The notes under the pieces are model-generated. The model was not told the origin of the DNA, searched no databases, and was given only the letters and a program-made list of their open reading frames with translations. The position numbers and the translations under genes were made by a program. From an uncultured Deinococcaceae bacterium (lineage in GTDB: Bacteria > Deinococcota > Deinococci > Deinococcales > Deinococcaceae), in contig CAXULY010000026.1 of NCBI GenBank assembly GCA_964252075.1, positions 1 through 64,000 of the forward strand: a DNA stretch of 64,000 bases. The letters are read 5' to 3'. Positions 19,220 to 30,639 of the stretch are shown here, in pieces (the stretch's first letter is position 1; the number at the start of each line of letters is the position of its first letter).

Positions 19220-20317
19220 TCAACGCACCCGGTAAGCCTCCAGGCGGGCAGGGTCCAGCCATGCTTCACTCAGGGCGTTCACATCCAGCACACCTTCCTC
19301 AAAGCGCAGGGGGCGGTCGAGCAGGTCTCCCTCCAACTTCAGCACGAAGCTCAACTCGCAGGGTTCCGTGACGCCCTCCTGGCTGGCGATCAGCGCCGCG
19401 TGCAGGGTGCCGATGCCGCTGCCCGCCTGGCTGCCCACCATGACGCCTCGGCCCGCCTCACGCGCGCGCGCCAGCATGGCGAGGCTCTGTGTGAAGCCCG
19501 TGCGCGCGGGCTTGATGTTCAGGATGTCGAAGGTACCGAAATCCAGCTCGCGCTCCAGGTCGGCGGGCGTGAAGCACGAATCGTCCGCCACGATGGGCAG
19601 CACCCCACGTGCGCGCAGGTCGGCGCGGGCGCGCAGCTGCCGCACGGGCAGCGGCTCCTCCACGTACATGAGGCCCGCGGCCCGCATGGCGGCCAGCGCG
19701 TCCGGCGCGGCGTCCGGCGTGAGGGTCTCGTTGCTGTCCGCGTACAGGCGCACGCCCGCCCCCGCGAACTCGTGACGCAGCGCGCCGATCATCTGCAGGT
19801 CCCGTGTGTGGTCGCGCCCCACCTTCACCTTCAGCACGCGCACGCCCGCCTCAATCACCGCGCGCGCTTCCGCGAGCATGGTGTCCCGGTCCCCGATGCC
19901 GAGGATGAACGACACCGGGATGCGCCGGTTCGGTCCGGCGAGGCGCGCGAACAGCGTGGTGCCGTCCGCCTGCGCGCGCGCGTCCCAGCACGCCATGTCC
20001 AGGCCGCCGCGGACCGTGTTGTTGTTCGCGAGGCCCTCCAGCGCCCGCGCGATGCCCGCCCCGTCGTGAATGTCGAGGCCTGTCAGGGCGGGCGCGAGGT
20101 GCTGCACAGCGCCCAGCACGCTGGCGACCGTCTCGCCGTAGATGCTGGGGCGGGGCGGCGCCTCCGCCTCACCGACCGCGCCGCCCGCGAGGTGCACGCG
20201 CAGCAGCACGTGCTCCGCGGCGCTCAGGTGCCCGTGCTGACCCCACGCGAGCACGCCCCGCATGGGGAGGCGGAAGGGAATGGCCTCCACGCGCGCGATG
20301 CGGGTGTTGGCCGTCAC
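19220..20317 (-). CDS. Enolase superfamily enzyme (muconate cycloisomerase subgroup)
   Basis: KVKVG, metal ligands YADSNE, EEP and ADDS, NIKPAR; GTGA overlap with the upstream gene. Confidence 0.85.
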   Translation of the reverse strand: MTANTRIARVEAIPFRLPMRGVLAWGQHGHLSAAEHVLLRVHLAGGAVGEAEAPPRPSIYGETVASVLGAVQHLAPALTGLDIHDGAGIARALEGLANNNTVRGGLDMACWDARAQADGTTLFARLAGPNRRIPVSFILGIGDRDTMLAEARAVIEAGVRVLKVKVGRDHTRDLQMIGALRHEFAGAGVRLYADSNETLTPDAAPDALAAMRAAGLMYVEEPLPVRQLRARADLRARGVLPIVADDSCFTPADLERELDFGTFDILNIKPARTGFTQSLAMLARAREAGRGVMVGSQAGSGIGTLHAALIASQEGVTEPCELSFVLKLEGDLLDRPLRFEEGVLDVNALSEAWLDPARLEAYRVR

Positions 20318-21078
20318 AGCCACTCCCCGATGCGCGCCGCGACTTCCGCCGGGCTGAGGCGCAGGGTGTCGAGGTCCAGCGCCCGGTGGGCGGGCAGGCC
20401 CGCGAGATGAGCGGCGGCGGCCTGCGGGTCGTAATGCCGACGCTCCGTCACCACGATGCGCGCCTTGGCGAGCACCTCCTGTGGCGCGTGCCCCTGCTCG
20501 GGCAGCGCCGCAATCTGGCGCACCTCATCCGCAGAGAACACCGCGTTGAGGCCCTCAATGTGGTGCAGGTCCGCCTCCACGTTCGTGATGTCGCGGGCCA
20601 TCACGCGGTCGAAGGCGTCCGCACGGCCCAGCAGGCGGCGCAGGCGCACGAGGTCCGGCGCGTGGAGCGCCACGAAGCGCCACAGCGGGTGGTGCGCGGC
20701 GGCGTACCGCACTTCCTCCAGACCGCGCAGGCCGTCGAAGACCAGCAGGTCGTCCGGTGCGCGCCCATCGAGCGCAAGGGAGCCGAGCGCCTCGGCCATG
20801 CCGCCCGGGTGCGACTCGCGGTAGCGCGCCGTGAGGGCGAAGCGCTGCTCGCGGTCCTGTACGGGGCCGCCCGCGAGCGGCTCGATCATGACGGCGTCCG
20901 TCACGACGCGGCGGTCGGGCAGCAGGGAGAGATCGGGCCGCAGGTCCTGCAGCGCGCGCAGCGCGGTGCTCTTGCCCACGCCCGTCACGCCGACCAGCAC
21001 GATGAGGGGCAGCGCCGCGAGCGCCTGCGCGCTGCCGGGCTCGGCCGGGCGCAAACCGGAGAGGCGGGAGTCGTTCAT
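20314..21078 (-). CDS. P-loop NTPase, NMP-kinase-like
   Basis: [11 protein letters not shown]alker [18 protein letters not shown] lies 6 nt before the ATG. Confidence 0.75.
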   Translation of the reverse strand: MNDSRLSGLRPAEPGSAQALAALPLIVLVGVTGVGKSTALRALQDLRPDLSLLPDRRVVTDAVMIEPLAGGPVQDREQRFALTARYRESHPGGMAEALGSLALDGRAPDDLLVFDGLRGLEEVRYAAAHHPLWRFVALHAPDLVRLRRLLGRADAFDRVMARDITNVEADLHHIEGLNAVFSADEVRQIAALPEQGHAPQEVLAKARIVVTERRHYDPQAAAAHLAGLPAHRALDLDTLRLSPAEVAARIGEWL

Positions 21079-21184
21079 CCGCAGAGTCTAGGGCGCGGGG
21101 CGGGCGGAGCGGCGGGCGCGGGTCAAACGAATGCTGCCCGATCTGACTTCCAATCGCAGCGCGAGACCCCGCTATACTTTCTGC

Positions 21185-22819
21185 GTGAAGGCCGCCAACA
21201 ACGCAGGGGGTCACCTGGAGCGGCTGGAGGTGAGCCGCCTGGCGACCATCGAGGCGCTCACGCTGGAGTTGTCCGGCGGGCTCAGTGTGTTCACGGGTGA
21301 GACGGGCGCCGGGAAGAGCATCATCGTGGACGCGCTGGGCCTGCTGCTGGGCGCGCGCGCGTCCAGCGACCTCGTGCGGACGGGCGAGGCGGACCTCCTC
21401 GTGACGGGCTTCTGGCAGGAGGAGAGCGCGTCCCGGCGCGTGACCGTGCAGGGCCGCAGCACCGCGCGGCTCTCCGGCGAGGTGGTGACGCTGCGCGAAC
21501 TGTCCGACTTCGCGGAGGAGCGCCTCACCATCCACTGGCAGCACAGCGCGCAGAGCCTGCTCTCCCCCGCCCGCCAGCGCGCCCTGCTGGACGACCGCGC
21601 GCACGACGAGCTGCGCGCGTACGAACGCGCGTACGCCGCGTGGCGTGCGGCGGGCGAGCGGCTGGAGCGGCTGCGCGCCAGCGAGCGTGAGCGTGCCCGG
21701 CAGCTGGACCTGCTCACGTACCAGGCGCAGGAGATCGCGGCGGTGAACCCGCAGGAGGGTGAGGAGGAACCCCTGCGCGCGGAACTGGACCGGCTGTCGA
21801 ACCTCGACCTGATCGCCTCAGGGGCGTCCGACGCGCTGGCGTTGCTGGCGGGCGAGGAGGTGAGCGCGCAGGGCCTCGTGGGGGACGCCGTGCGCGCCCT
21901 CACGTCCGCGGCGCGCTACGAGCCGAACGTCGCGCAGCTCCAGCGTGAACTGCGCGAGGCGCTGTCGGCGCTGGAGGCGGTGGCGGGTGAGCTGCGGGAC
22001 GTGGCGGACGCGAGCGCGCCCGACCCGGAGGAACTCGCGCGGGTGGAGCAGCGCCTCGCGCAGCTCGCCAAGCTGCAGACGAAGTACGGCCCGAACATCG
22101 CGGACGTGCTGCGCTATCAGGCGGAACTGACGGCGCAGCTGCAGGACCTGCACCGCGACGAGTCCGACGCGGGCAGCCTGGAGGGCGAGCTGAGAACCCT
22201 GCAGGCGGACGTGATGGCGAGCGGGCGAGCGCTCGCGGAGGCGCGGCGCGCCGTGGCGGCGCCGCTCGCGGAGCAGTTGGAGGGCGTCATCCGGCAGCTC
22301 GGCATGCCGCACGCGCGCCTGACGTTCAGCCTGGACGCCCTCACCGAGCCCGGCCCGCACGGGCTGGAGGAGGTGCGTGTGCTGTTCAGCGCGAACCCCG
22401 GCGAGGACGCCGGGCCGCTCGCGAGCGTCGCGTCGGGCGGTGAGCTGTCGCGCGTGATGCTGGCGATCAGCACCGTGACGGGCGCGCACACGCCCAGCGT
22501 GGTGTTCGACGAGGTGGACGCGGGCGTGGGTGGCGCGGCGGCGCTCGCGGTGGCGGCGCAGCTCGCGGCGCTCTCGCGCGACCGGCAGGTGATGGTCGTG
22601 ACGCACCTCGCGCAGATCGCGGCGCGCGCCGACCATCACTTCAAGGTGGAAAAGGCGCTGGAGGACGGGCGCACCGTGACGCGCGTGCGGGAGTTGCGCG
22701 GCCCCGAGCGCCTGGAGGAGATCGCGCGCATGCTGAGTGGGGACCTGTCCGAGGCGGCGCTGCGCCACGCGCGGGAGCTCGTGGAGGGCGGACGCAAGAA
22801 GACGGCCAGCCGAAGCTGA
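21185..22819 (+). CDS. recN: DNA repair protein RecN
   Basis: FTGETGAGKSIIVDAL, coiled coil, ASGGELSRVMLA, FDEVDAGVGG, VTHLAQIAA, EEIARML. TATACT lies 6 nt before GTG 21185. Confidence 0.96.
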   Translation: MKAANNAGGHLERLEVSRLATIEALTLELSGGLSVFTGETGAGKSIIVDALGLLLGARASSDLVRTGEADLLVTGFWQEESASRRVTVQGRSTARLSGEVVTLRELSDFAEERLTIHWQHSAQSLLSPARQRALLDDRAHDELRAYERAYAAWRAAGERLERLRASERERARQLDLLTYQAQEIAAVNPQEGEEEPLRAELDRLSNLDLIASGASDALALLAGEEVSAQGLVGDAVRALTSAARYEPNVAQLQRELREALSALEAVAGELRDVADASAPDPEELARVEQRLAQLAKLQTKYGPNIADVLRYQAELTAQLQDLHRDESDAGSLEGELRTLQADVMASGRALAEARRAVAAPLAEQLEGVIRQLGMPHARLTFSLDALTEPGPHGLEEVRVLFSANPGEDAGPLASVASGGELSRVMLAISTVTGAHTPSVVFDEVDAGVGGAAALAVAAQLAALSRDRQVMVVTHLAQIAARADHHFKVEKALEDGRTVTRVRELRGPERLEEIARMLSGDLSEAALRHARELVEGGRKKTASRS

Positions 22820-22837
22820 CCGCCCCCGAGCCCGCTG

Positions 22838-23230
22838 TTACAGGCGGATGCCGACGGACGCGCCGATCACCGGGCCGAACTGCTTGAAGTTCAGGCCGCC
22901 CTCCACGTCGAAGAAGACGCTCTGCGTCTCGAAGCGGTGGCCCACCAGGGCGTTGACGTTCGTGAGGCCGCCGCGCGTGAAGCCGACAGTGCCCGCGACG
23001 TAATTGTTGCCGGGCAGGAAGTACTTCGCGCCGCCGATGATCTTGTCCTGCGTGACGCCCGCCGTGACGCGCCAGTTGCTGTTCAGGGGAATCTCGGCTT
23101 CCACGCCAAGGCCCGCGCCGGACCCCACGCGGGCCTTCACCGCGATGCCGGTGCGGGTGGTCTGCGCGGACGCGAAGGACGCGGCGAGGAGTGGGAGGGC
23201 CAGCAGGGTGACGGAAAGGATGCGCTTCAT
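22838..23230 (-). CDS. Small outer-membrane beta-barrel protein
   Basis: Signal peptide (ASA), alternating amphipathic strands, C-terminal GASVGIRL. TAGGGT lies 7 nt before the ATG. Confidence 0.65.
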   Translation of the reverse strand: MKRILSVTLLALPLLAASFASAQTTRTGIAVKARVGSGAGLGVEAEIPLNSNWRVTAGVTQDKIIGGAKYFLPGNNYVAGTVGFTRGGLTNVNALVGHRFETQSVFFDVEGGLNFKQFGPVIGASVGIRL

Positions 23231-23365
23231 GCGGGACACCCTAGCGGCCTCAGCTGACGGCATTCCCCCAGCGGCCTAAATCGAATCTGGTGTGCATCCC
23301 AGATTCAGCTCACACCTCACGGGCGTGCCTTAAGGTGCGGGCATGCGAACGCACGGAACACCACA

Positions 23366-23419
23366 TGAAGGCCGGTTGAAGGCAGGGTTCAGGGGATGGT
23401 CAGGGACGCTGCATACGAT
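23366..23419 (+). promoter_or_regulatory. 11-bp-periodic direct repeat array plus -10 box
   Basis: TGAAGG (23366), TGAAGG (23377), TTCAGG (23388), GTCAGG (23399), then TACGAT (23414-19). Confidence 0.5.
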
Positions 23420-23426
23420 GAGCGCC

Positions 23427-24530
23427 ATGAAACACGCACGCTACGGCGGTGTACTGCTGCTCACGGGGCTCCTCTCGGCCTGCACCATGCAGGGCCCGGG
23501 CAACCTGCGCGTTCACGAGGTGGCCCTGTACGGTGGCAGCCAGGACCGCATCGTGTGGGTGTACGGCACGGTGAATGGCGGAAAGAGCAGCATCAAATTG
23601 GGCGGGCAGACGGTCGAACTGCGCCCGCAGATCGCGGACCCGCTCGGCGTGAGCGGCACACTCAGCGTGAATGGCGCGGCCACGTACCGCACCAAGACCA
23701 GCCTCACCGCGCAGGCGCTGAGCGTCACGCGCGACGGGGACGCCTTCACCGTGCGCGCGAACACGGACTTGCAGGCGGTGTACTTCACGGACGGCGGGGG
23801 CCGCTGGTTCCGCCTCACGGACGCCCTGTCGCGCGGCGCGAACGTGCGCGTGGCGGCCCGCGCGAGCGCCTTCGTGCGCGGCGCGGGGCAGCTCAGTGAC
23901 GTGGAGGCCGACGCGCTCGGCGCGGCGCTCAGCAACCAGGGGGCACTGGCCATCGGGGTGCTCGCGCGAGTGCCGGACGCACCCCTGGGGGTGGAGCCCA
24001 CCCCGCAGGAGCAGCATCAGACGGGCCTGTACATCCTGCCGGGCGCGGGCAACCCCTCGTCCGTCACGCCCGTGCCCCCCACCGGAGGGACCGTGAACCC
24101 AGACCCGACCCCGCCCACCACGGGCACCGTCGCCGTGCGTGAACTCGCGCGCGGCAGCAATAGCCTTCAGAACGGCTCGGAGGCGAGTGCCAGCGTGTCG
24201 CGCAGCCTCAGCAGCTTCGCGCAGGTGTGGCGCAGCGCGAACGGCACCATCACGCCCGCCCCGCAGGTGCCCAGCGTGAACTTCACGCAGGGCGCGGTGG
24301 TGACGGTGTTCGCGGGCCAGAAGCCCAGCGGTGGGTACGGCGTGCGCTTCGTGCGCGGGTCGCTCACGGGCAGCACCCTCACCCTCACGGTGGACTTCAC
24401 GACGCCCCCGCCCGGCGCCATCACCACGCAGTCCCTCACCAGCCCGTGGCTGGCGCTGAACGTTCAGGGTCGCTTCGACCGCGTGGTGGTGCAGGACCTG
24501 AGTGGGAACCCCGTGAGCGTCACGCAGTAA
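23427..24530 (+). CDS. Lipoprotein with C-terminal PrcB-like domain
   Basis: Lipobox LSAC; C-terminal VNFTQGAVVTVFAGQKPSGGYGV...TQSLTSPW is typical of PrcB_C. Confidence 0.75.
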   Translation: MKHARYGGVLLLTGLLSACTMQGPGNLRVHEVALYGGSQDRIVWVYGTVNGGKSSIKLGGQTVELRPQIADPLGVSGTLSVNGAATYRTKTSLTAQALSVTRDGDAFTVRANTDLQAVYFTDGGGRWFRLTDALSRGANVRVAARASAFVRGAGQLSDVEADALGAALSNQGALAIGVLARVPDAPLGVEPTPQEQHQTGLYILPGAGNPSSVTPVPPTGGTVNPDPTPPTTGTVAVRELARGSNSLQNGSEASASVSRSLSSFAQVWRSANGTITPAPQVPSVNFTQGAVVTVFAGQKPSGGYGVRFVRGSLTGSTLTLTVDFTTPPPGAITTQSLTSPWLALNVQGRFDRVVVQDLSGNPVSVTQ

Positions 24531-24532
24531 AC

Positions 24533-24577
24533 CACAAAGGAGGGCGGCGGGTGCTTCACCCGCCGCCCTCCTTTGTG
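24533..24577. terminator. Bidirectional terminator hairpin
   Basis: 21-bp perfect inverted repeat between convergent genes. Confidence 0.85.
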
Positions 24578-24580
24578 TCC

Positions 24581-25342
24581 TTACAGGGTGAGGACGTCGC
24601 AGCCTTTCTCCGTCACGACCAGCGTGTGCTCGAACTGCGCGCTGGGCCGCGCGTCCGCCGTCACGACCGTCCAGCCGTCCGCGAGCAGTTCCGTCTCCGG
24701 GCGGCCCAGGTTGATCATGGGTTCCACCGTGAAGACCATGCCGGGCGTGAGGCGCAGGCCCGTGCCCGCCTTCCCCCAGTGGTAGATGGTGGGTTCTTCG
24801 TGCAGGCGCCGCCCGATGCCGTGCCCGGTGTACTCGCGCACCACCGAGAAGCCGCGCGACTCCGCCAGCGACTGAATGGCGTGCCCGATGTCGCCGGTCT
24901 TCGCGCCGGGCTTCACGGCGGCCAGTCCGGCCTCCAAGCACTCGCGGGTGGTCTGCACGAGTTTCGCGACGGCGGGGTTCACGCCGCCCACCGTGTAGGT
25001 GTAGCAGGCGTCGCCGTACACGCCGTCCATCAGCACGCCGATGTCCACCCCGATGATGTCCCCCTCGCGCAGGCGGCGCGGGCTGGGAATGCCATGGCAG
25101 ATCACCTCGTTCACGCTGAGGCACGTGGCGTGCCGGAAGGGGTTGTTCTTCGGTCCATACCCGATGTACGCAGGAATCGCGCCGCGCGAGCGGATGTGCT
25201 CCTCGGCGATGGCGTCGAGTTCCAGGAGGCTCGCGCCGGGCTTCACGTGCGGGTCCATGACCCTGAAGGTCTCGGCGACCAAGGCGCCGGCTCGGCGCAT
25301 GGCCTCAATCTCGCGGGGGCTCTTGAGGGTCAGGCGGCTCAT
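24581..25342 (-). CDS. map: Type I methionine aminopeptidase
   Basis: CLSVNEVICHGIP, GDIIGVDIG, YTGHGIG, HEEP, FTVEPMIN, SAQFEHT. Confidence 0.96.
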   Translation of the reverse strand: MSRLTLKSPREIEAMRRAGALVAETFRVMDPHVKPGASLLELDAIAEEHIRSRGAIPAYIGYGPKNNPFRHATCLSVNEVICHGIPSPRRLREGDIIGVDIGVLMDGVYGDACYTYTVGGVNPAVAKLVQTTRECLEAGLAAVKPGAKTGDIGHAIQSLAESRGFSVVREYTGHGIGRRLHEEPTIYHWGKAGTGLRLTPGMVFTVEPMINLGRPETELLADGWTVVTADARPSAQFEHTLVVTEKGCDVLTL

Positions 25343-25403
25343 GAAAGCACGCTACCACGCGCTCCGCGCGGCGGCGGCGGCGCGCGTCACGGTCACTGGC
25401 CGC

Positions 25404-25802
25404 TCAGGCGAGCGCGGCGCGCAGACGGTCCAGGGTGGCGTGCCACGCGGCGCCGTCGTCGCTGCCGTCCCACCGCTCGGCCAGTTCGCTGTCCTCGTCC
25501 TCCACGCGCTCCAGCGCGTCCACCGCGGACTCACTCAGGTGCGCGAGTTCGCCTTCCCGCAGTTCACGCAGCCAGCCGAGCAGCTCGGGCGCCTCCACCT
25601 GGCTGTGGTCGCCCGTGAGGTGCGCGGCGAGCAGTTCCGCCGCCGCGACGGCGCGGGCGGCCTCCGTGGCTTCCAGGTACTCGTCGGTGTCCGTCACCAC
25701 CTCGAACGCCTCCTGCAGGGCGGGCGGACCGTCCTCGACCACCTCGGACAGGAAGGCGGTGGCGTCGTCGTTCTCGAAGGGCGCGGGACCCCAGGTGGCC
25801 AT
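25404..25802 (-). CDS. DUF4259-like protein
   Basis: MATWGPAPFENDDA...AVAAAE...SELAERW pattern. Confidence 0.75.
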   Translation of the reverse strand: MATWGPAPFENDDATAFLSEVVEDGPPALQEAFEVVTDTDEYLEATEAARAVAAAELLAAHLTGDHSQVEAPELLGWLRELREGELAHLSESAVDALERVEDEDSELAERWDGSDDGAAWHATLDRLRAALA

Positions 25803-25957
25803 CAGTGCACCACCGGCGCGCGTCGGGGCAGGGCATGGAGGGCGGTCATGGGCGTCATGGTAATGGGTCGCGCGGCGGGCCGTCAGCCCTCGCGCCTCAG
25901 AAAGCGTGAAGCTTCAGGGAGGGCCGCGCCGCGCGACCCTCTCCCGCCCGCGCCCGC

Positions 25958-27187
<1,230 letters not shown>

Positions 27188-27266
27188 GCCCCATGCTACC
27201 CGCGGGAGCCCGGGACGTTTGGGGTGAAGCGCCCCCATGTGCGGCGCCCGCCCGCGTGGCTTTGCG

Positions 27267-28016
27267 TCAGTGGGGCGCGGTGGTGGCGCGGTACTGCGTG
27301 GGGGTGAGCCCCACGGCGCTCCGGAACTGCCGGGTGAAGGCGCTGTGGTCCGCGTACCCGCAGCGGTACGCGATGTCCGACACCCCCAGCGTCGTGCCGC
27401 GCAGCAGGTGCGACGCGGCCTCCACGCGCGCCTTCATCACGAGCTGCTTGGGCGTCAGGCCGAACACCTGCCGCGCGCCCCGCTCCAGGCGGTCCTCAGA
27501 CAGCCCCGCGATGCGCGCGAGGTCCGGCACGCGCAGGCCCTGCGCGAGGTTCGCCTGAACGTGCTCCACGACCAGCGCGAGGCGCCCGTACAGCGCGCTG
27601 CGTTCGTCGGGCCGCGGCAGGTCCCGCGAGAGGCCCGTGAGTCCCACCACCCGCCCGAGGGCGTCCCGGAGGGGCAGCTTGTGCGTCAGGCACCAGCGGC
27701 CCGGCGCCACCGCGCTGTCCGGGGTGCGCGGGCCGGGCACGTGATACAGCTCCAAGCGGTCCAGGCTGGGCTCCCCCTGCGCGATGACGTGCAGGTCCAT
27801 CTGGGTGGTGTTGCGGCCGAAATCGCCGGGGAAGAGGTCCGCGACGGTCCGGCCGAGCACCTCGTCGCTGCGCCGTTTGCCGCAGCGGCGCACCATCGTC
27901 TCGTTCACCAGCACGTACCGGGCGGCCTGGTCCTTCACGAAGAACATGGTGTCCGGCAGGCGGTCGAACAGAAACTGCAGGGCTTCCGGCGCGAGGGCAG
28001 GTGCTGGGACGGTCAC
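27267..28016 (-). CDS. AraC family regulator with N-terminal PAS domain
   Basis: [58 protein letters not shown]...TPTQYR. Confidence 0.9.
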   Translation of the reverse strand: MTVPAPALAPEALQFLFDRLPDTMFFVKDQAARYVLVNETMVRRCGKRRSDEVLGRTVADLFPGDFGRNTTQMDLHVIAQGEPSLDRLELYHVPGPRTPDSAVAPGRWCLTHKLPLRDALGRVVGLTGLSRDLPRPDERSALYGRLALVVEHVQANLAQGLRVPDLARIAGLSEDRLERGARQVFGLTPKQLVMKARVEAASHLLRGTTLGVSDIAYRCGYADHSAFTRQFRSAVGLTPTQYRATTAPH

Positions 28017-28145
28017 GCGTTCACTATGCCGAATTCCGCGAAGGGTGGAGTGCAAAGATCAAGACGGCGCGCGCGTGAACAGGAATCATGTGGGTATGCC
28101 TGTCCCTCGTCACCAGCGCCCCCCTTCCCTCGACGGCAGCTCCGC

Positions 28146-29540
28146 GTGACCCGCGCCGTCAGCCGCCCACCCGCCGGTCGCCTGCGGGCCGCGCCGCTGG
28201 TCGCGCTGTGCCTTGGCTTCTTTCTGGTGGTGCTCGACACGACCGTCCTGAACGTCGCGCTGCCGGACATCGCGCGGCAGCTCGGGGGCGACACAGGCAC
28301 CCTGCAGTGGATCGTCAACGCGTACACCGTCGTGCTCGCGGGCCTCCTCCTGTCGGGCGGCGCGCTCGGGGACCGCTTCGGCAGCCGCCGCGTGTACCTC
28401 CTGGGCCTCACAGTGTTCACAGCCGCCTCGGTGCTGTGCAGCGCCGCGCAGGCGACGGCGGTGCTGCTGGCCGCGCGGGCGCTGCAGGGCGTGGGCGCGG
28501 CCCTGCTGCTCCCCACCTCCCTCGCCCTCATCACAGCCCAGTACCCGGACCCCTCCACGCGCAGCCGCGCGCTCGGCGTGTGGGGCGCGGTGGCGGGCGT
28601 CGCCTTCGCGGGCGGCCCCCTGCTGGGCGGCCTGCTCACCAGCGGCCTGGGGTGGCGCAGCATCTTCCTGCTGAATGTGCCCGCCGGGCTGTGGGCCCTG
28701 TGGGCGACGTGGCGGTTCGTGCAGGGCGCGCCAGCCGCGCAGCGCCGGGCGTTCGACGCGCTCGGCCAGGGCCTCGTGATGGTGGCCCTGGCGAGCCTCA
28801 CCGCTGGGCTGATCGAGACGAGCAGCCTCGGCGTGCGCGACCCGCGCGTCGTGCTGGCGCTTGTCCTGGCGGGCGTCCTGCTGACCGCCTTCGTGTGGCA
28901 CGAACGCCGGACGCGCGCCCCCATGCTGCCCCTGCACCTTTTCACCGTCCCGAGCTTCTCGCGTGGCGCCGTCGTGGGGTTCGCATTCAACTTCAGCGAG
29001 TACGGCCTGCTGTTCGTGCTGTCCCTGACCTTCCAGGGCGCGCATCACCTCACCGCCCTGCAGGCGGGCCTGGCCTTCGCGCCACTGACCGTCGCGTCCG
29101 CCCTCATGACGCTCGCGGGCGGCGCGATGGCCGCCCGCCGCGGACCGAAAGCGCCCCTGCTGATCGGGCTGCTGCTGATGGGCGCGGGCATCCTCGCCAT
29201 GGCCACGCCCGCACCCACCCTCGGCGCGCTGTTCTGGGTCGGCATGGTGACGTTCGGCCTGGGCAGTGGGCTGGCGGTGCCGCCCATGACGGCGCTGGCG
29301 CTCGGTCAGGTGCCGGGCGACCTGGCGGGCGTGGGCGCGGCGGCGCTGAACGCCGCGCGGCAGGTGGGGAGCGTGGTGGGCGTCGCAGCGCTCGGGGCGG
29401 CGCTCGCGGCGAGCCGCACGCCCACGGTGCCGCTGGTGCTGGCGGCCCTCGTATGCCTTGGTGGGGCCGCCGCCGCGTGGAGCGTGCCCGGCGTCCAGCT
29501 GACTGAGCGCGACAAGGTGACGGGGTCACCCGTGGAGTGA
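28146..29540 (+). CDS. MFS drug:H+ antiporter (DHA2, 14 TM)
   Basis: LDTTVLNVALPDI, WIVNAY, GDRFGSRR, RALQGVGAA, GPLLGG, WRSIFLLNVP; first in-frame start is GTG 28146. Confidence 0.9.
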   Translation: MTRAVSRPPAGRLRAAPLVALCLGFFLVVLDTTVLNVALPDIARQLGGDTGTLQWIVNAYTVVLAGLLLSGGALGDRFGSRRVYLLGLTVFTAASVLCSAAQATAVLLAARALQGVGAALLLPTSLALITAQYPDPSTRSRALGVWGAVAGVAFAGGPLLGGLLTSGLGWRSIFLLNVPAGLWALWATWRFVQGAPAAQRRAFDALGQGLVMVALASLTAGLIETSSLGVRDPRVVLALVLAGVLLTAFVWHERRTRAPMLPLHLFTVPSFSRGAVVGFAFNFSEYGLLFVLSLTFQGAHHLTALQAGLAFAPLTVASALMTLAGGAMAARRGPKAPLLIGLLLMGAGILAMATPAPTLGALFWVGMVTFGLGSGLAVPPMTALALGQVPGDLAGVGAAALNAARQVGSVVGVAALGAALAASRTPTVPLVLAALVCLGGAAAAWSVPGVQLTERDKVTGSPVE

Positions 29541-29634
29541 GGACGTGGGGATGACGTTCAGCTCGATGGTCGGAGGGCGTCCTCAAGGCGCCTCCCATCC
29601 CGCTCCGTCCCGACCGCGATAAGGTAATGGGCAT

Positions 29635-30639
29635 ATGGACGAACGACTTCTCACGCGCCTGCGCGAGTCCGGTCAGGATGGCGACATCACGGCCACACTC
29701 GAACACGGGGACGCCGCCTTCGCGCTCAGCGCCGCTCAGCTCGGGTACGTGGACGCGGCGGGAGCGCGCAGCGTGGCCCTGAGGGACATCAACCGCATTC
29801 ACAGCGACCGCGACGGCGTGCTGCGCGTCGAGACGCCCGCCGGCACCGCCATCACCGCCTCGCTGCTGGGCTTCGACCCGGCGGGCGTGCAGGGCTTCTT
29901 CAACGAGGTGCGCGTCGCCACGAACGCCGCGCGTTCCCTGCCGCAGGCGCCGCTGCCGAAACCCGCGCAGAACGGCCCCTGGAAGACCGGCTGGGGCAGC
30001 GCGCCCGCACCCGCACCGGCCCCGCAGGTGGCGCCCACCGAGGCGCCCGTCGCAGAAGTGCCCGCGCCGGAGTTCGAGGAGTCGGTCCGCGTGATTCCGC
30101 GCGACGAGCCGGCAGTGACCACGCTGACGCCCGAGCCGGTCGCGCCGCCCACCGCGGCCCCCACGCCCGAGCCGAGCCGCCCGGCGGCGAAGCCCGTTGT
30201 CATCTCGACGATGCCGCGGTACACGCCGGACCCCGCCCCGAAGGAGAAGGAGGCGCCCAAGCCCGCGCCCAGCACCCCGCGCGAGCCGAAAGCCAGCAAG
30301 CCCACGCCCACCCCGCGCCCCGCGCCCACCAAGGCCCCGCAGGCGCAGGCGCCCGCGCCCGTTCCTGCCGCGGTGGCCCCGGTGGGGAGCGCCCGCGACC
30401 TCGCTTCGCTCGCGGAGAGCGTGGAGCGCCTCACCTCCACCCTGCGGCTGCTCGCGGTCGCGATGGGCCTCGCGGCGATCCTGGTGGGCGTGCTGCGCTT
30501 CCGCGACAATGACGCCGTGACGGGCCTGTGGATTGTGGGCTCCGGTCTGGTCGCGGCCTTCGCGCTCCTGGTGTTCGCGCAGGTGGCGCGCCTGCTGGTC
30601 GGCATGGCGCGGCACATCAGCGGGCCGCGCACGCCGTGA
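29635..30639 (+). CDS. Hypothetical membrane protein with Pro/Ala-rich linker
   Basis: ~100-aa globular N-terminus, long Pro-rich linker, two C-terminal TM helices; GTGA overlap with lysK. Confidence 0.7.
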   Translation: MDERLLTRLRESGQDGDITATLEHGDAAFALSAAQLGYVDAAGARSVALRDINRIHSDRDGVLRVETPAGTAITASLLGFDPAGVQGFFNEVRVATNAARSLPQAPLPKPAQNGPWKTGWGSAPAPAPAPQVAPTEAPVAEVPAPEFEESVRVIPRDEPAVTTLTPEPVAPPTAAPTPEPSRPAAKPVVISTMPRYTPDPAPKEKEAPKPAPSTPREPKASKPTPTPRPAPTKAPQAQAPAPVPAAVAPVGSARDLASLAESVERLTSTLRLLAVAMGLAAILVGVLRFRDNDAVTGLWIVGSGLVAAFALLVFAQVARLLVGMARHISGPRTP

